From a virus (taxonomy: Duplodnaviria > Caudoviricetes): a stretch of DNA of 64,000 bases. Under the pieces are notes generated by a model. It was not told the DNA's origin. It saw only the letters and a program-made list of their open reading frames with translations, and did not search any database. The stretch lies in IMG/VR virus record IMGVR_UViG_3300025316_000016, positions 977 to 64,976 of that record; one strand, 5' to 3'. The position numbers and the translations under genes are program-made. Of this stretch, positions 40,230-49,612 are shown one piece after another. Each line of letters opens with the position of its first letter. The first letter of the stretch is position 1.

Positions 40230-41737
40230 ATTACGTATCCTGATGGTAGTGTGCTAAGAGCTGCCTGTACTCTTGCTATATATGGTGCACGAAAAGTTTC
40301 CAATTCACTTATTATATTTGGATTGTTATATGCCTTAGCCATATTTTGTTCATCTAGTGGTGGATTTGTGTTCCAATTTTGTACGTAGAGTCTTAACCCA
40401 AGTGCTGACCTACTATCGACTGTACCACCCGAACTAAATATGTTCTCTGACCAAGATGAGTTGACACCCTTTACATACCCTTCTACTGCTATTGTGGTAG
40501 TAACAATAGCAGCTTTGAATATGGCAACAGTATTTTCCAGTGATTTTATCTGATTGCTAGGAGCATGTACAATATGTGTTTCTGCTGGTATTACATTAGG
40601 CACAGTAACGTTTGGTGGCATTGGTGCAGAACCAACCACGATATGTGCTTGATTATTAACAACTACTACTGGCTGTTTCACAGTAACCATTGCAGGTGAT
40701 ATGCCAGCTAACCCAGCAAGTATAGTACAACCAACATGACCACTAGAATCAGTTAGATCAGTTAACAATTTACTGGCAGCATCTTCTGCTATAGCCAATT
40801 CTTCCGCCGCAAATTTTTCAGCACTTGCTATCTGTTCATTAACTGCCGCAGATGCATCACTCAGCATAGAGTTGAAGCTATTAGAAGCTGATGATACCGC
40901 ACCAGATACTGCACTTGTTGCTGAACCTATAGCACCAGTAACTGCGCTTGTTGCTGTATCTATAGCACCAGTAACTGCGTTCTGCGCAGACTGTTCTAGA
41001 CCAATAAGATACGATTCAGTTTCACTCAATAAATCTGATGCTGATGTGAAGAATCCGGCAACTTCACCTAACATACTATTAGGATCAAGACCACATGGAC
41101 TACCTGCTGCTGGCACACCATCTTTACCGGTAGGTGGTGGGGTTGGTGCAGCACCAGCATTACCAGACACCAGTAATTGTGTGCCTAATGATTCTGCTCT
41201 AGGTCCATATATATCATTAAATTTACTATCAATCTTCTGTGTTACTGATAGTGGTTTATCTGTGGTAAGATTTAGTGCGTCAAGATTAGTAGACGGTTTC
41301 CCCGGCAACTGTGGTGTTGTCACATAAGGATTACTAGTAAATGTAGAACCAGAACCATCTATATTTTGTGTTGGTGTTGTTGTAGTAGCACCAGATGTTG
41401 AAGGGTCGGTAAATCCTTGTGTTGGGTTCTTATTAACGGTTGGTGATATGACACCAGGCAACACACCGAAGTACGCAGGAAATTGTCCAGACTTACCATC
41501 AAAGAAATAACCAGTAACCCAATCCCCCATTGATGGTACAGAGAATGACTTTGAGTTATTAATAGGTAACACTGCATGAGACCAAGGCAAATCCGCTGTG
41601 GGTATCAGATTCTTGTCATCGGTGTGCCACCCGAATATCCGTACTTGGCACCTACCTATCTTGACTGGGTCGTTGTTATTTTCAACAACACCAATCCACC
41701 ACACAAACCCATTCATCCCCAAAAACGTATTATCCAT
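40226..41737 (-). CDS. gp5: Central spike/hub, N-terminal OB-fold part with variable extension
   Basis: FVWWIGVVENNNDP.KIGRCQVRIFGWH...LPW...GDWVTGYFFDG; no lysozyme motif recognised. Confidence 0.85.
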   Translation of the reverse strand: MDNTFLGMNGFVWWIGVVENNNDPVKIGRCQVRIFGWHTDDKNLIPTADLPWSHAVLPINNSKSFSVPSMGDWVTGYFFDGKSGQFPAYFGVLPGVISPTVNKNPTQGFTDPSTSGATTTTPTQNIDGSGSTFTSNPYVTTPQLPGKPSTNLDALNLTTDKPLSVTQKIDSKFNDIYGPRAESLGTQLLVSGNAGAAPTPPPTGKDGVPAAGSPCGLDPNSMLGEVAGFFTSASDLLSETESYLIGLEQSAQNAVTGAIDTATSAVTGAIGSATSAVSGAVSSASNSFNSMLSDASAAVNEQIASAEKFAAEELAIAEDAASKLLTDLTDSSGHVGCTILAGLAGISPAMVTVKQPVVVVNNQAHIVVGSAPMPPNVTVPNVIPAETHIVHAPSNQIKSLENTVAIFKAAIVTTTIAVEGYVKGVNSSWSENIFSSGGTVDSRSALGLRLYVQNWNTNPPLDEQNMAKAYNNPNIISELETFRAPYIARVQAALSTLPSGYVI

Positions 41738-43143
41738 TATTTCTTAACTCCTGCCACTGTATTCTTCCATATTTGTGATGTGTTATCGACATCAGCATAA
41801 GGTTTGTTGTTGCTATCCTTAATCAATTCCAACACAGTATTATAACCACGGTTTTGTACTGTGTGTCGGATAGATGATATCAGGTACTTACCCGAATAGA
41901 ATTTATCATTTTCTTTTTGTGTTTCTGGTGTATTAGAGTTTATGTTGAACATTACGGTAGTGCCAACGGATAGTGTAGGATTACCGGCAACAACCAACTT
42001 CAATCGTGTGTAATTGTTTATTGCTAATTGAGATTTCCTATGTGTTAGATAATCTTCCATAAATGCGTCTGGCTGTACCGAACCAGGATGTGCTGCTATA
42101 AACTCGTTGTCGTATTGATTGGAATTCGATATTGATAACCTCAGCAAGCTATCTGGTGCTTCATATAGTGCATTACCAAACCTATTGCTTAGATTGTTCA
42201 CCACAGCATTTTTGTTTAGTGTTGCTGAGTTCGCGCTATTATGCATGTAATTGAAATCGGTGATGTTCACCACATGCTGCATGATATCTAGAGAGATTAG
42301 TCTATTAGCGAATGTTCCATTATGTATACCACCAAGAACATCAAAGTTTTTATCATACTCATATGATTGTACATTGAAGAAATAGTCATTGAGATTATCG
42401 TAGCTCTCTGTTGGTAAATTCTTAGCACTAAAACTGAATGTGCAGAACGGTTTTTGTTTGAATAGTGACTGCATAGATGCCAGAACATATCCCTGTTTAG
42501 CATTTTCAAAAAACAACATATCGCTACCCTGACCAACCATTGGTCTAGCATAATTGGTTAGCCATTGGATTGCTTCGAACGGTTTAAAGTTCGGCACTAT
42601 CAACGAGTATGTTCCTAAAGTTTCTTCTATATTAACATCACTATACTTGGTGGTCGGTACCTTTAGATAATTGACCAACACATCGGTAATGATGCTCTTT
42701 ATGGTTGTGTTTGGATATGATTTACTTACTCTACTTTGGTTAGATAGTAATAGCTCATCTGAACAGAAGTGTATTGTGTATAATTCCGTTTGATCATTAT
42801 CCATCTTTGATCTAGTGTCTATCTTAAATATTCGGAATAGTTTATCAATATATAGATCGGGCGAATCTGTCACCTTACCAAAAGAAATTCTCAGATACTC
42901 ATTACCATGTAACTGCGCCTTCTCTATGATACCTTGTGCATCGGACATCAGAATCTTACCTGATGTCGTGTGGCTATATATGTCTTCGAAGTATGATAAT
43001 TCCACCATCATATACTGCAAGTCTATAGTTGCACCAATACCACCAGACAATAAGTTCACCGATCGAATAGTATAGTCTTTGTGGCCTCTGGTGCCGTCCG
43101 TAGTTTCTGAGTATTCCACTACCGGTGATTGTGAATTTGTCAT
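41737..43143 (-). CDS. Baseplate hub protein, gp27-like
   Basis: YFEDIYS...GNEYL.I.F, LFFEN..GY, GNPTLSVG, YSGKYLISSIRH...ELIKDS; lies between gp53 and gp5. Confidence 0.7.
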   Translation of the reverse strand: MTNSQSPVVEYSETTDGTRGHKDYTIRSVNLLSGGIGATIDLQYMMVELSYFEDIYSHTTSGKILMSDAQGIIEKAQLHGNEYLRISFGKVTDSPDLYIDKLFRIFKIDTRSKMDNDQTELYTIHFCSDELLLSNQSRVSKSYPNTTIKSIITDVLVNYLKVPTTKYSDVNIEETLGTYSLIVPNFKPFEAIQWLTNYARPMVGQGSDMLFFENAKQGYVLASMQSLFKQKPFCTFSFSAKNLPTESYDNLNDYFFNVQSYEYDKNFDVLGGIHNGTFANRLISLDIMQHVVNITDFNYMHNSANSATLNKNAVVNNLSNRFGNALYEAPDSLLRLSISNSNQYDNEFIAAHPGSVQPDAFMEDYLTHRKSQLAINNYTRLKLVVAGNPTLSVGTTVMFNINSNTPETQKENDKFYSGKYLISSIRHTVQNRGYNTVLELIKDSNNKPYADVDNTSQIWKNTVAGVKK

Positions 43144-43144
43144 A

Positions 43145-43765
43145 TTATTTCAACAAAGTGGTTAGTTGATTTTCCATATCTTTGGCGTATATCTCATTCA
43201 ATATATTAACCGATCGTTTATTTTCATTAATCAGTACTTCATGATCAAATATTGTTTGTGAATATGTTGTTATTGTCGTGGTTACTGTAGACATATCTTC
43301 CAATGTGGTTGTCCACTGCTCGTGTTGCGGTGTGGCTAGATATGTAGCATAGTCTAGCTGATAATCATTAGTAGACGTTGTTTGTGATACTGGATCATAT
43401 GATGATATGGTTTTGTAGTATCCATTTATTGTGCTCTGGGTGTATTGTAACACAGTCTGGTTCAATAGCAGTGCTGCGGCAGAATATTTAGCATTTATGT
43501 ATAAATTGAAGTTGGTTTCTGATAGCGCCAAATCCCATTGTGGGTCCATGATATTGTTACCATACAAGAACAACCAATATCTATATGGATCTCCGTAGTA
43601 TTTGTTTGCTATAATTTCCGGAGTATCCCCGTCCTGCATATCATACTTGTAGAATAACGATCCGTTGTTCATTAGTGATGGTATTATGTCTGTCCTAACC
43701 ATAAGATTAGTGACATAATTGCCATTGTCATCTAGAATTTTTGGAAATGATCTGAAGAATTTCAT
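43145..43765 (-). CDS. gp53: Baseplate wedge protein
   Basis: FFRSFPKI, DGDTPEIIANKYYGDPYRYW..L..NNIMDP..D, E...NENKR. Confidence 0.92.
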   Translation of the reverse strand: MKFFRSFPKILDDNGNYVTNLMVRTDIIPSLMNNGSLFYKYDMQDGDTPEIIANKYYGDPYRYWLFLYGNNIMDPQWDLALSETNFNLYINAKYSAAALLLNQTVLQYTQSTINGYYKTISSYDPVSQTTSTNDYQLDYATYLATPQHEQWTTTLEDMSTVTTTITTYSQTIFDHEVLINENKRSVNILNEIYAKDMENQLTTLLK

Positions 43766-44841
43766 TATCTGATAGCCCCACTGGTCAATCTTCCTCTGTT
43801 AACTATATGTATCTCACTAAAATTCATAGTTAATCGTGTTTGGATCGGTGCTCCGCCTGGATGTGCTGACCAACCGCCTGGTGCATAATCTACAGTAACA
43901 TTCTCTAATACACAATCACCAACTTTAAATAATCTGGTATTTTCATCGGCACTAGTACCTCCACCAATTGATCCTAAATTTACTCCTGGTATCAAACTAT
44001 TGCCCGCTTTCTTCAACATGGCACTAAATCCACTAAGATCGGTATTCTTGGCCATCATCATTTTTATGTTGAATATAGACGGTGGTGTGAAATACATACC
44101 AGAACCAGTAGACAGTGTTGGTGAAGATGCATAAACAAATGTGTTGCATATGGCGGAAATTTGATCAGACTCACTCTGTGATTTTGCGGTCATTATAAAT
44201 TCTAATTGGAATTTTCTGAAACCATTACCGCGATATAGCATCTGTATTTGTGGGTTGAATGCAAATCCTTGTGCTTTCAGCATAATATCACCGGTGTCTT
44301 TGTCAAAACCAAGCTTGTCAGAAATTCCCCTAAAAGCATAATCTACTAAAAATGGGTCTGTGGTTGCCATAGATTTCAATCCATTAAACCTACCTTCTCC
44401 AGACCCAACAGCTGCATCGATCGCACCACTAACAAGTTCGGTACCCTTTGCCAACATTTTAAACCCCATAGGAGTGGCTATGTCATCATAAAAGTTGTCA
44501 TATGAAATGTTCAGTGTATCTGGCATGTATAGGCAGACCTTGGTAGCACTAAACTTCTTACTTTTTTCCATCTCCTGCTGGAATGATGCTCCCTCTGTTA
44601 CCATAGCATTAGGACTTTTTAGATAATTTAATATAGCACTACCATCAGATAGCGTGACTGGTGTTATATTAGATATTGTGAACTCAATGAAGTGCATCCT
44701 TGATGGATCATTTGCTAGATCGTCCGGATATTGGTAGCTGGTCATTCCAGTCTTTTTCTTGAACAATGATCCTAGTGGACCACTCAATACGTTGGTGATA
44801 CTACTGGTAGAAATACCACCGATTTGTGTGAATATAGCCAT
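43765..44841 (-). CDS. gp48: Baseplate tail tube cap
   Basis: YQYPDDL, LYMPD, NPQIQMLY.G..FR.F, CVL.NV.VDY.P.G, P...RLTM.F.E. Confidence 0.88.
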   Translation of the reverse strand: MAIFTQIGGISTSSITNVLSGPLGSLFKKKTGMTSYQYPDDLANDPSRMHFIEFTISNITPVTLSDGSAILNYLKSPNAMVTEGASFQQEMEKSKKFSATKVCLYMPDTLNISYDNFYDDIATPMGFKMLAKGTELVSGAIDAAVGSGEGRFNGLKSMATTDPFLVDYAFRGISDKLGFDKDTGDIMLKAQGFAFNPQIQMLYRGNGFRKFQLEFIMTAKSQSESDQISAICNTFVYASSPTLSTGSGMYFTPPSIFNIKMMMAKNTDLSGFSAMLKKAGNSLIPGVNLGSIGGGTSADENTRLFKVGDCVLENVTVDYAPGGWSAHPGGAPIQTRLTMNFSEIHIVNRGRLTSGAIR

Positions 44842-44852
44842 TGACCATCTCG

Positions 44853-44880
44853 TATAAATAATTGATTACAAGTATTTATA
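44853..44880. promoter_or_regulatory. Face-to-face pair of late promoters
   Basis: TATAAATA (+, 44853-44860), 12 bp, then TATTTATA (-, 44873-44880), at the strand switch. Confidence 0.85.
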
Positions 44881-44925
44881 ATGGAGAAACAATGAGAAAT
44901 ATTAGCAACACAGAGAGGAAATTAT

Positions 44926-45573
44926 ATGTACCACTGTAAAATTTGTGGTGCAGACATGCATAGCAACGTAAAACTGTCTATACACATCAGGAAAGAACAT
45001 GATATGTCCACAAAAATGTATTATGACACATATGTAAAGAAATGTGGTGATGAATTTTGTGTTGTATGTGGAAAATGTGCAATTTATAAGAGCTTTGTTT
45101 TCGGGTATTCTAAAACTTGCTGTCGATCATGTTCCGCTAAAAATTTCAGGAACGAATTAAAGAACGACCCAATTAGAAATCAAATATTTGTTGATAAAGT
45201 TAGTGACAATATGGTAAAGATTTGGGAAGATCGCGCCATATCAGGTGAAATGGAAGTTATTATCGAAAAGGCAACCAAGACTATTAGAGAAAACAATAAA
45301 ACTTTAACTGTCCAAGAGAGAAAAGAGAGGTTTGGTTGGTTAAACAAACTATCTGGAGAAGAGAGGGAAACAAAAATAAAAGAGATGATTAAACCACTTC
45401 AAGATTTTTATGAAAATATTTCAGAAGAAGAATTGGTCGCTTTGGTTAAGAAAAGAACAGCAACTTTTATGGAAAGATATGGAAATACCTATCCGGAATA
45501 TTTGAGTGAGATATCCGAAGATGGGAATATGGGATTATGTCGTATATTTGGTATTCAGTATGTTCCATTATGA
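44926..45573 (+). CDS. Zinc-finger protein resembling homing-endonuclease DNA-binding regions; no nuclease domain recognised
   Basis: C2H2 CKIC...HIRKEH; CVVC...CCRSC; KRTATFMERYG; ATGA overlap with gp4. Confidence 0.6.
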   Translation: MYHCKICGADMHSNVKLSIHIRKEHDMSTKMYYDTYVKKCGDEFCVVCGKCAIYKSFVFGYSKTCCRSCSAKNFRNELKNDPIRNQIFVDKVSDNMVKIWEDRAISGEMEVIIEKATKTIRENNKTLTVQERKERFGWLNKLSGEERETKIKEMIKPLQDFYENISEEELVALVKKRTATFMERYGNTYPEYLSEISEDGNMGLCRIFGIQYVPL

Positions 45574-46019
45574 GTAGACCAAAACCACATATGTGGTACC
45601 CAAGAAATCCTAATAAATACATGGGAAACCCTAATAATATTTGTGTTAGATCTTCGTGGGAAACCAAGGTATGTGTGTGGTTAGATACATCAATAAACAT
45701 ATTAGAATGGTCATCTGAAGAAATAGTGATACCTTATATATCACCTGTAGATGGTAAATATCACAGATACTTTCCAGACTTCTTTGTACGAGTAAAGCAA
45801 CAAGATGGTACAGTAAAATCAATGATACTTGAAGTCAAGCCTCACTCACAAATCATAGAACCAAAAATTAAAAAGAGGATAACCAAGGCATATATAAATG
45901 AGGTAGCTACCTATGGAGTTAATCAAGCAAAGTGGAGAGCCGCAATAGAATACTGTCTAGATAGGGGGTGGGAGTTTAGAACCCTCGATGAATATGATTT
46001 AGGAATTAAACAGAGATAA
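45570..46019 (+). CDS. gp4: Head completion nuclease
   Basis: PRNPNKYMGNP, RSSWE, WSSEEIVIPYISPVDGKYHRYFPDF, EVKP, NQAKW; start at 45570. Confidence 0.95.
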   Translation: MSRPKPHMWYPRNPNKYMGNPNNICVRSSWETKVCVWLDTSINILEWSSEEIVIPYISPVDGKYHRYFPDFFVRVKQQDGTVKSMILEVKPHSQIIEPKIKKRITKAYINEVATYGVNQAKWRAAIEYCLDRGWEFRTLDEYDLGIKQR

Positions 46020-46027
46020 ATACACGT

Positions 46028-46705
46028 ATGAAACAATCAAAACTTACAGATCTCGCCAACCAACACTCAGCACTTCAATTAGGCATTCTAACCAGAGCGT
46101 CTGTTGATTGGTTGAAATCTAATGTCCAGAAATTGAGAGGTGCTAGAAGCATATCAAATGGAATTGTTCAGGAACCTGGTAGGGGTGCCGCTAAACTTGA
46201 AAAGGGCAAATTGTACTTTTTCAATTATGACCCAAAGCACAAAGAGACTTTACCATACTATGACATATTCCCATTGGTATTGATTCTAGAGATATACCCA
46301 AATGGTTTCCTTGGGTTGAATTTGCACTATCTGCCAATTAAGATGAGAGCAGCATTTCTTGATCAACTATTACAAGCTGGCAAAATTGAGTCTCCCGATG
46401 GTTCTGTAGAGAAGCATGGTGGTAGATACAAAATGTCTGGTGATATTAGAAAGATACAAGTTACCTATAATATTCTACAAAATGTTAGTAGACTCAAGGC
46501 ATTTGAACCTTGTTTGAAAAGATACTTAAGTAATGGTGAATATTTAAAGTCACCATTATTACAAATATTACCACACGAATGGCCTACTGCTGTATTTCTA
46601 CCGGTAGAACAGTTTAAGAAAGCAACTAAAAGTAAAGTACAAGCTGCCTCTTTAATGGCAATAAAAGACAATGCTAAACGAGAGGGTTCTACCGACAATG
46701 GCTAA
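46028..46705 (+). CDS. gp2: DNA end protector protein
   Basis: YDPKHKETLPYYDIFPL, GFLGLNLHYLP, PCLKRYL, LPVEQF. Upstream GATAAATA late-like promoter at 46015-46022. Confidence 0.95.
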   Translation: MKQSKLTDLANQHSALQLGILTRASVDWLKSNVQKLRGARSISNGIVQEPGRGAAKLEKGKLYFFNYDPKHKETLPYYDIFPLVLILEIYPNGFLGLNLHYLPIKMRAAFLDQLLQAGKIESPDGSVEKHGGRYKMSGDIRKIQVTYNILQNVSRLKAFEPCLKRYLSNGEYLKSPLLQILPHEWPTAVFLPVEQFKKATKSKVQAASLMAIKDNAKREGSTDNG

Positions 46706-47396
46706 CATAAATGATTTTCTTGCTAGTTTTAAAACCGATGTAGCAAGACCAAATAGATTTGATGTGATGATACCTATACCAGTACAGTTAATGGCGTATT
46801 ATGGTACAGCAAAAAATCTAACATTTAGGTGTGAGACAGCTGAATTACCAAGTGTTACATACGAGACATTTGAGCAAAAGATCTATGGTCCAACTGAAAA
46901 GTATCCACACCAAAAGAACTACAATGAATCGACATTCACGTTCATGGTGTCGGATGATATGAGTGAGAAAGTGTTCTTTGATGCTTGGATGGAACTTATA
47001 AACCCAAGCTCAACGTATGACTTCCCATATAAGATGGATTATGTCACTGAAATAACAGTAAATCAGTATGACGTTAATGGTAATGTGTCATACTCCATAT
47101 CATTAGATGACGCTTTTCCAATTTCAGTAAACCAATTAGATTTAGATTGGAGTCATGTCGATGGGTATCACAAACTATCTGTAGTCTTTGCTTATAAGAC
47201 ATGGAGCAATAAATCTGTAACACAACTGGGTCTTGGGTTGTTAACTCAGGGCATGAGTTCATTAACATCATTGGCACAAGGTGCTATGACATCATCAAAA
47301 TCGGGTGGATTACCTAATGGTGCTATGGGACCAACTAGCAAAACGCCATTTTGGGATATGAAATCTGTTGGTGGCGGTGTAGAAAAGACACAATAA
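46698..47396 (+). CDS. gp54: Baseplate tail-tube initiator (gp19/gp54 family)
   Basis: ARPNRFDV, CETAELP, FFDAWM..I, AFPIS....L.W; likely start MANIN at 46698. Confidence 0.8.
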   Translation: MANINDFLASFKTDVARPNRFDVMIPIPVQLMAYYGTAKNLTFRCETAELPSVTYETFEQKIYGPTEKYPHQKNYNESTFTFMVSDDMSEKVFFDAWMELINPSSTYDFPYKMDYVTEITVNQYDVNGNVSYSISLDDAFPISVNQLDLDWSHVDGYHKLSVVFAYKTWSNKSVTQLGLGLLTQGMSSLTSLAQGAMTSSKSGGLPNGAMGPTSKTPFWDMKSVGGGVEKTQ

Positions 47397-47421
47397 TTTG
47401 AATTGAAATAGGAGATATAAT

Positions 47422-48147
47422 ATGGCTTTGCCGAAAATAGATGCACCAGTATATGAGATAGTGCTGCCGTTATCTAAGAAGAAATTGAAGTACCGACCAT
47501 TCTTAGTCAAAGAGCAGAGGAATCTGTTGATGGCTATGGAGTCTAAAGATTATGATACGATAGAACAGAACATAAAGCAAGTGCTGCACAACTGCACATT
47601 AACTGAAAACGTTGATGTGGACGAGCTTCCCGTTATTGATATTGAGTATTACTTCATTCAGCTAAGAGCAAAATCTGTCGGTGAGATAAGTGAAAACAAG
47701 TATGTTTGTAATAATCTAGTTGATGGCGTTGAGTGTGGGTCTATCATGAATGTCGAGGTTAACTTACTAGACATAGAAGTAGTTAAGGACGATGAAGTAA
47801 AAGACACGATAAAACTTAATGATACATTTACCATAAAATTGAATTATCCAAAGTTCTCGATAGTATCTCAGGCAGCTAATATCGACAACGTGAGTGACTT
47901 CGCCTTCGAAATGATTGCTAGTAGCATTGAGTACATCCACGATGGTGAACAGTTTTATTATGCGAGAGATTCATCTAAAGAAGAGATGATTGATTTCATA
48001 GAGCAACTAAATCAAGAGCAATTCCTAAAAATAGAATCGTTCTTTAGTAATCTACCAAAGTTGAAGAAAGATGTTGACGTAACGTGCAAAAAATGTGGTT
48101 ATGAGCATCATATAGAGGTGGAGGGACTAGAATCTTTTTTCGACTAA
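47422..48147 (+). CDS. gp26: Baseplate hub assembly chaperone
   Basis: MALPKI..P.Y, YRPFLVKEQ..LLMA, DIEY.F..LRAKSVGE, CKKC...EGLESFF. Confidence 0.93.
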   Translation: MALPKIDAPVYEIVLPLSKKKLKYRPFLVKEQRNLLMAMESKDYDTIEQNIKQVLHNCTLTENVDVDELPVIDIEYYFIQLRAKSVGEISENKYVCNNLVDGVECGSIMNVEVNLLDIEVVKDDEVKDTIKLNDTFTIKLNYPKFSIVSQAANIDNVSDFAFEMIASSIEYIHDGEQFYYARDSSKEEMIDFIEQLNQEQFLKIESFFSNLPKLKKDVDVTCKKCGYEHHIEVEGLESFFD

Positions 48148-48323
48148 TATTTTGTCATGATAACTTGAGAAGCTACTATAAAACAAATTTTGCACTAATG
48201 CAACACCACAACTACAGCTTGAGGGAGTTAGATGATATGATTCCTTGGGAAAGAGATGTGTATGTTGCTATGTTAACACAATACATCGAAGAAGAAAACC
48301 AAAAACTAAAGGATCGCACATAA
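48135..48323 (+). CDS. gp51: gp51-like segment, probably reached by -1 frameshift from gp26 (first ATG at 48198)
   Basis: Not in the track. The -1 frame reads FRLIFCHDNLRSYYKTNFALMQHHNYSLRELDDMIPWERDVYVAMLTQYIEEENQKLKDRT*; slippery T TTT TTC at 48135-48141. Confidence 0.8.
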   Translation, partial: FFRLIFCHDNLRSYYKTNFALMQHHNYSLRELDDMIPWERDVYVAMLTQYIEEENQKLKDRT

Positions 48324-48324
48324 C

Positions 48325-49611
48325 ATGAAATGGGATTTGTCACAAAATAAGTCAGAAGACACACCAACAGGTTCTGCTGCCTTGGATGTGAACAAATTCC
48401 AACCAATAAAGGATGGTTTTAATTATGCACAACCATCTAATGATGTCACCGAACCTAAATTAACTTCTGCCGAATCACCGCTCTATACTAAAATCACCCC
48501 AGGAGTAAAGCGACCAATCAGGATGGGCGATTCTGTAGCCGATATTGTATCTAAGCTATACAACCTGATTAAGTTCCATGATAAAGACAACAAAACACAG
48601 CACGAGATAGAACATAACTTCCAAAAAGAGTTATTTGATAATGAAGACCATAGAAGAAATGAAATACTGAAGATATTCAAGAAGAAGAAACAGATATCAA
48701 CTCTACATAAAACAAAATCAACTAAAAAAAAGAAAGACAAGTCTGGCCCTGGTGGTATTTTGTCTAGTATGTTATCTAGATTAGCGACAGCCACGGAATC
48801 ATTGTTACCACTAGCCAAGACATTTGCTAAAGGTGCTGTAGTTGGTGCTGTAACTGGTGCTGGTATTGGTATTTACGAACAATTAAAAGCTAGTGAAGGA
48901 CTTGGTAAAGCAGGAAAACCTGGAGTAGCTTATGGTGATGTTGGCGGCAAGCAAACAATTGGAGTTGGTCATTTAATAACTAAAGACGAAAAGAAACAAG
49001 GGTTCATACAAATTGGTGATGAGCAGGTTAAGTTAGGTGCTACATTATCTAATGATCAGATGGATGTGCTATTAAAGCAGGATGTCGAGAAGACCACTAA
49101 TATAGTGAAAAGTCAGATAGGTAAATCTTGGGACAAACTCAACGATAACCAAAAAGATGCGTTGGTATCATATGCATATAATATTGGTGGTGTTAAATCA
49201 TTAATAAAAAAAGGATTAATAGAATCGATAGAGTCTGGTAATACCGAGAAAGGTGCTTCAATAGTCGGACACGGAATAAATACGGTTGATGGTGTTGCTC
49301 ATGAGGGTTTAACGAAACGAAGACACGATGAAGAAAATTTGTATAAAACTCCACCGAGCATACGCAACATTGCACCAAATCCTAACACACTAGCACCAAT
49401 ACAAACGAGTCCACGATTACAGCCAGAGCAAAAACCCGACAATCTTGGGGCAAAATCTGTTGCTGTGGCGGATGGTAAAAATGCAGTGACCGAAAACAAT
49501 AATACAAAATTGGTCGTTGTAAAGACTGGTGGAAACGTATTGGTTAATAATACCACATCACCCAGAATACAAAAAGACGCAAATCCATTAGAAAATTGGG
49601 GACTAAACTAA
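48325..49611 (+). CDS. Tape-measure/hub-like protein with GH24 lysozyme domain
   Basis: LKASEG...AYGDVGGKQTIGVGH, LNDNQKDALVSYAYNIG, GLTKRRHDEENLY. Confidence 0.8.
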   Translation: MKWDLSQNKSEDTPTGSAALDVNKFQPIKDGFNYAQPSNDVTEPKLTSAESPLYTKITPGVKRPIRMGDSVADIVSKLYNLIKFHDKDNKTQHEIEHNFQKELFDNEDHRRNEILKIFKKKKQISTLHKTKSTKKKKDKSGPGGILSSMLSRLATATESLLPLAKTFAKGAVVGAVTGAGIGIYEQLKASEGLGKAGKPGVAYGDVGGKQTIGVGHLITKDEKKQGFIQIGDEQVKLGATLSNDQMDVLLKQDVEKTTNIVKSQIGKSWDKLNDNQKDALVSYAYNIGGVKSLIKKGLIESIESGNTEKGASIVGHGINTVDGVAHEGLTKRRHDEENLYKTPPSIRNIAPNPNTLAPIQTSPRLQPEQKPDNLGAKSVAVADGKNAVTENNNTKLVVVKTGGNVLVNNTTSPRIQKDANPLENWGLN

Positions 49612-49612
49612 G

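Noticed and set aside
15889-41327. Many plus-strand ORFs rich in Val/Pro/Ala/Leu (for example 15889-16413, 20905-21219, 40872-41327)
   Set aside because: These are antisense shadows of G/T/S/N-rich structural genes, with no motifs or SD.
45537-45569. Longer gp4 start given in the ORF track
   Set aside because: ATG 45570 gives an ATGA coupling and matches the usual gp4 N-terminus length.
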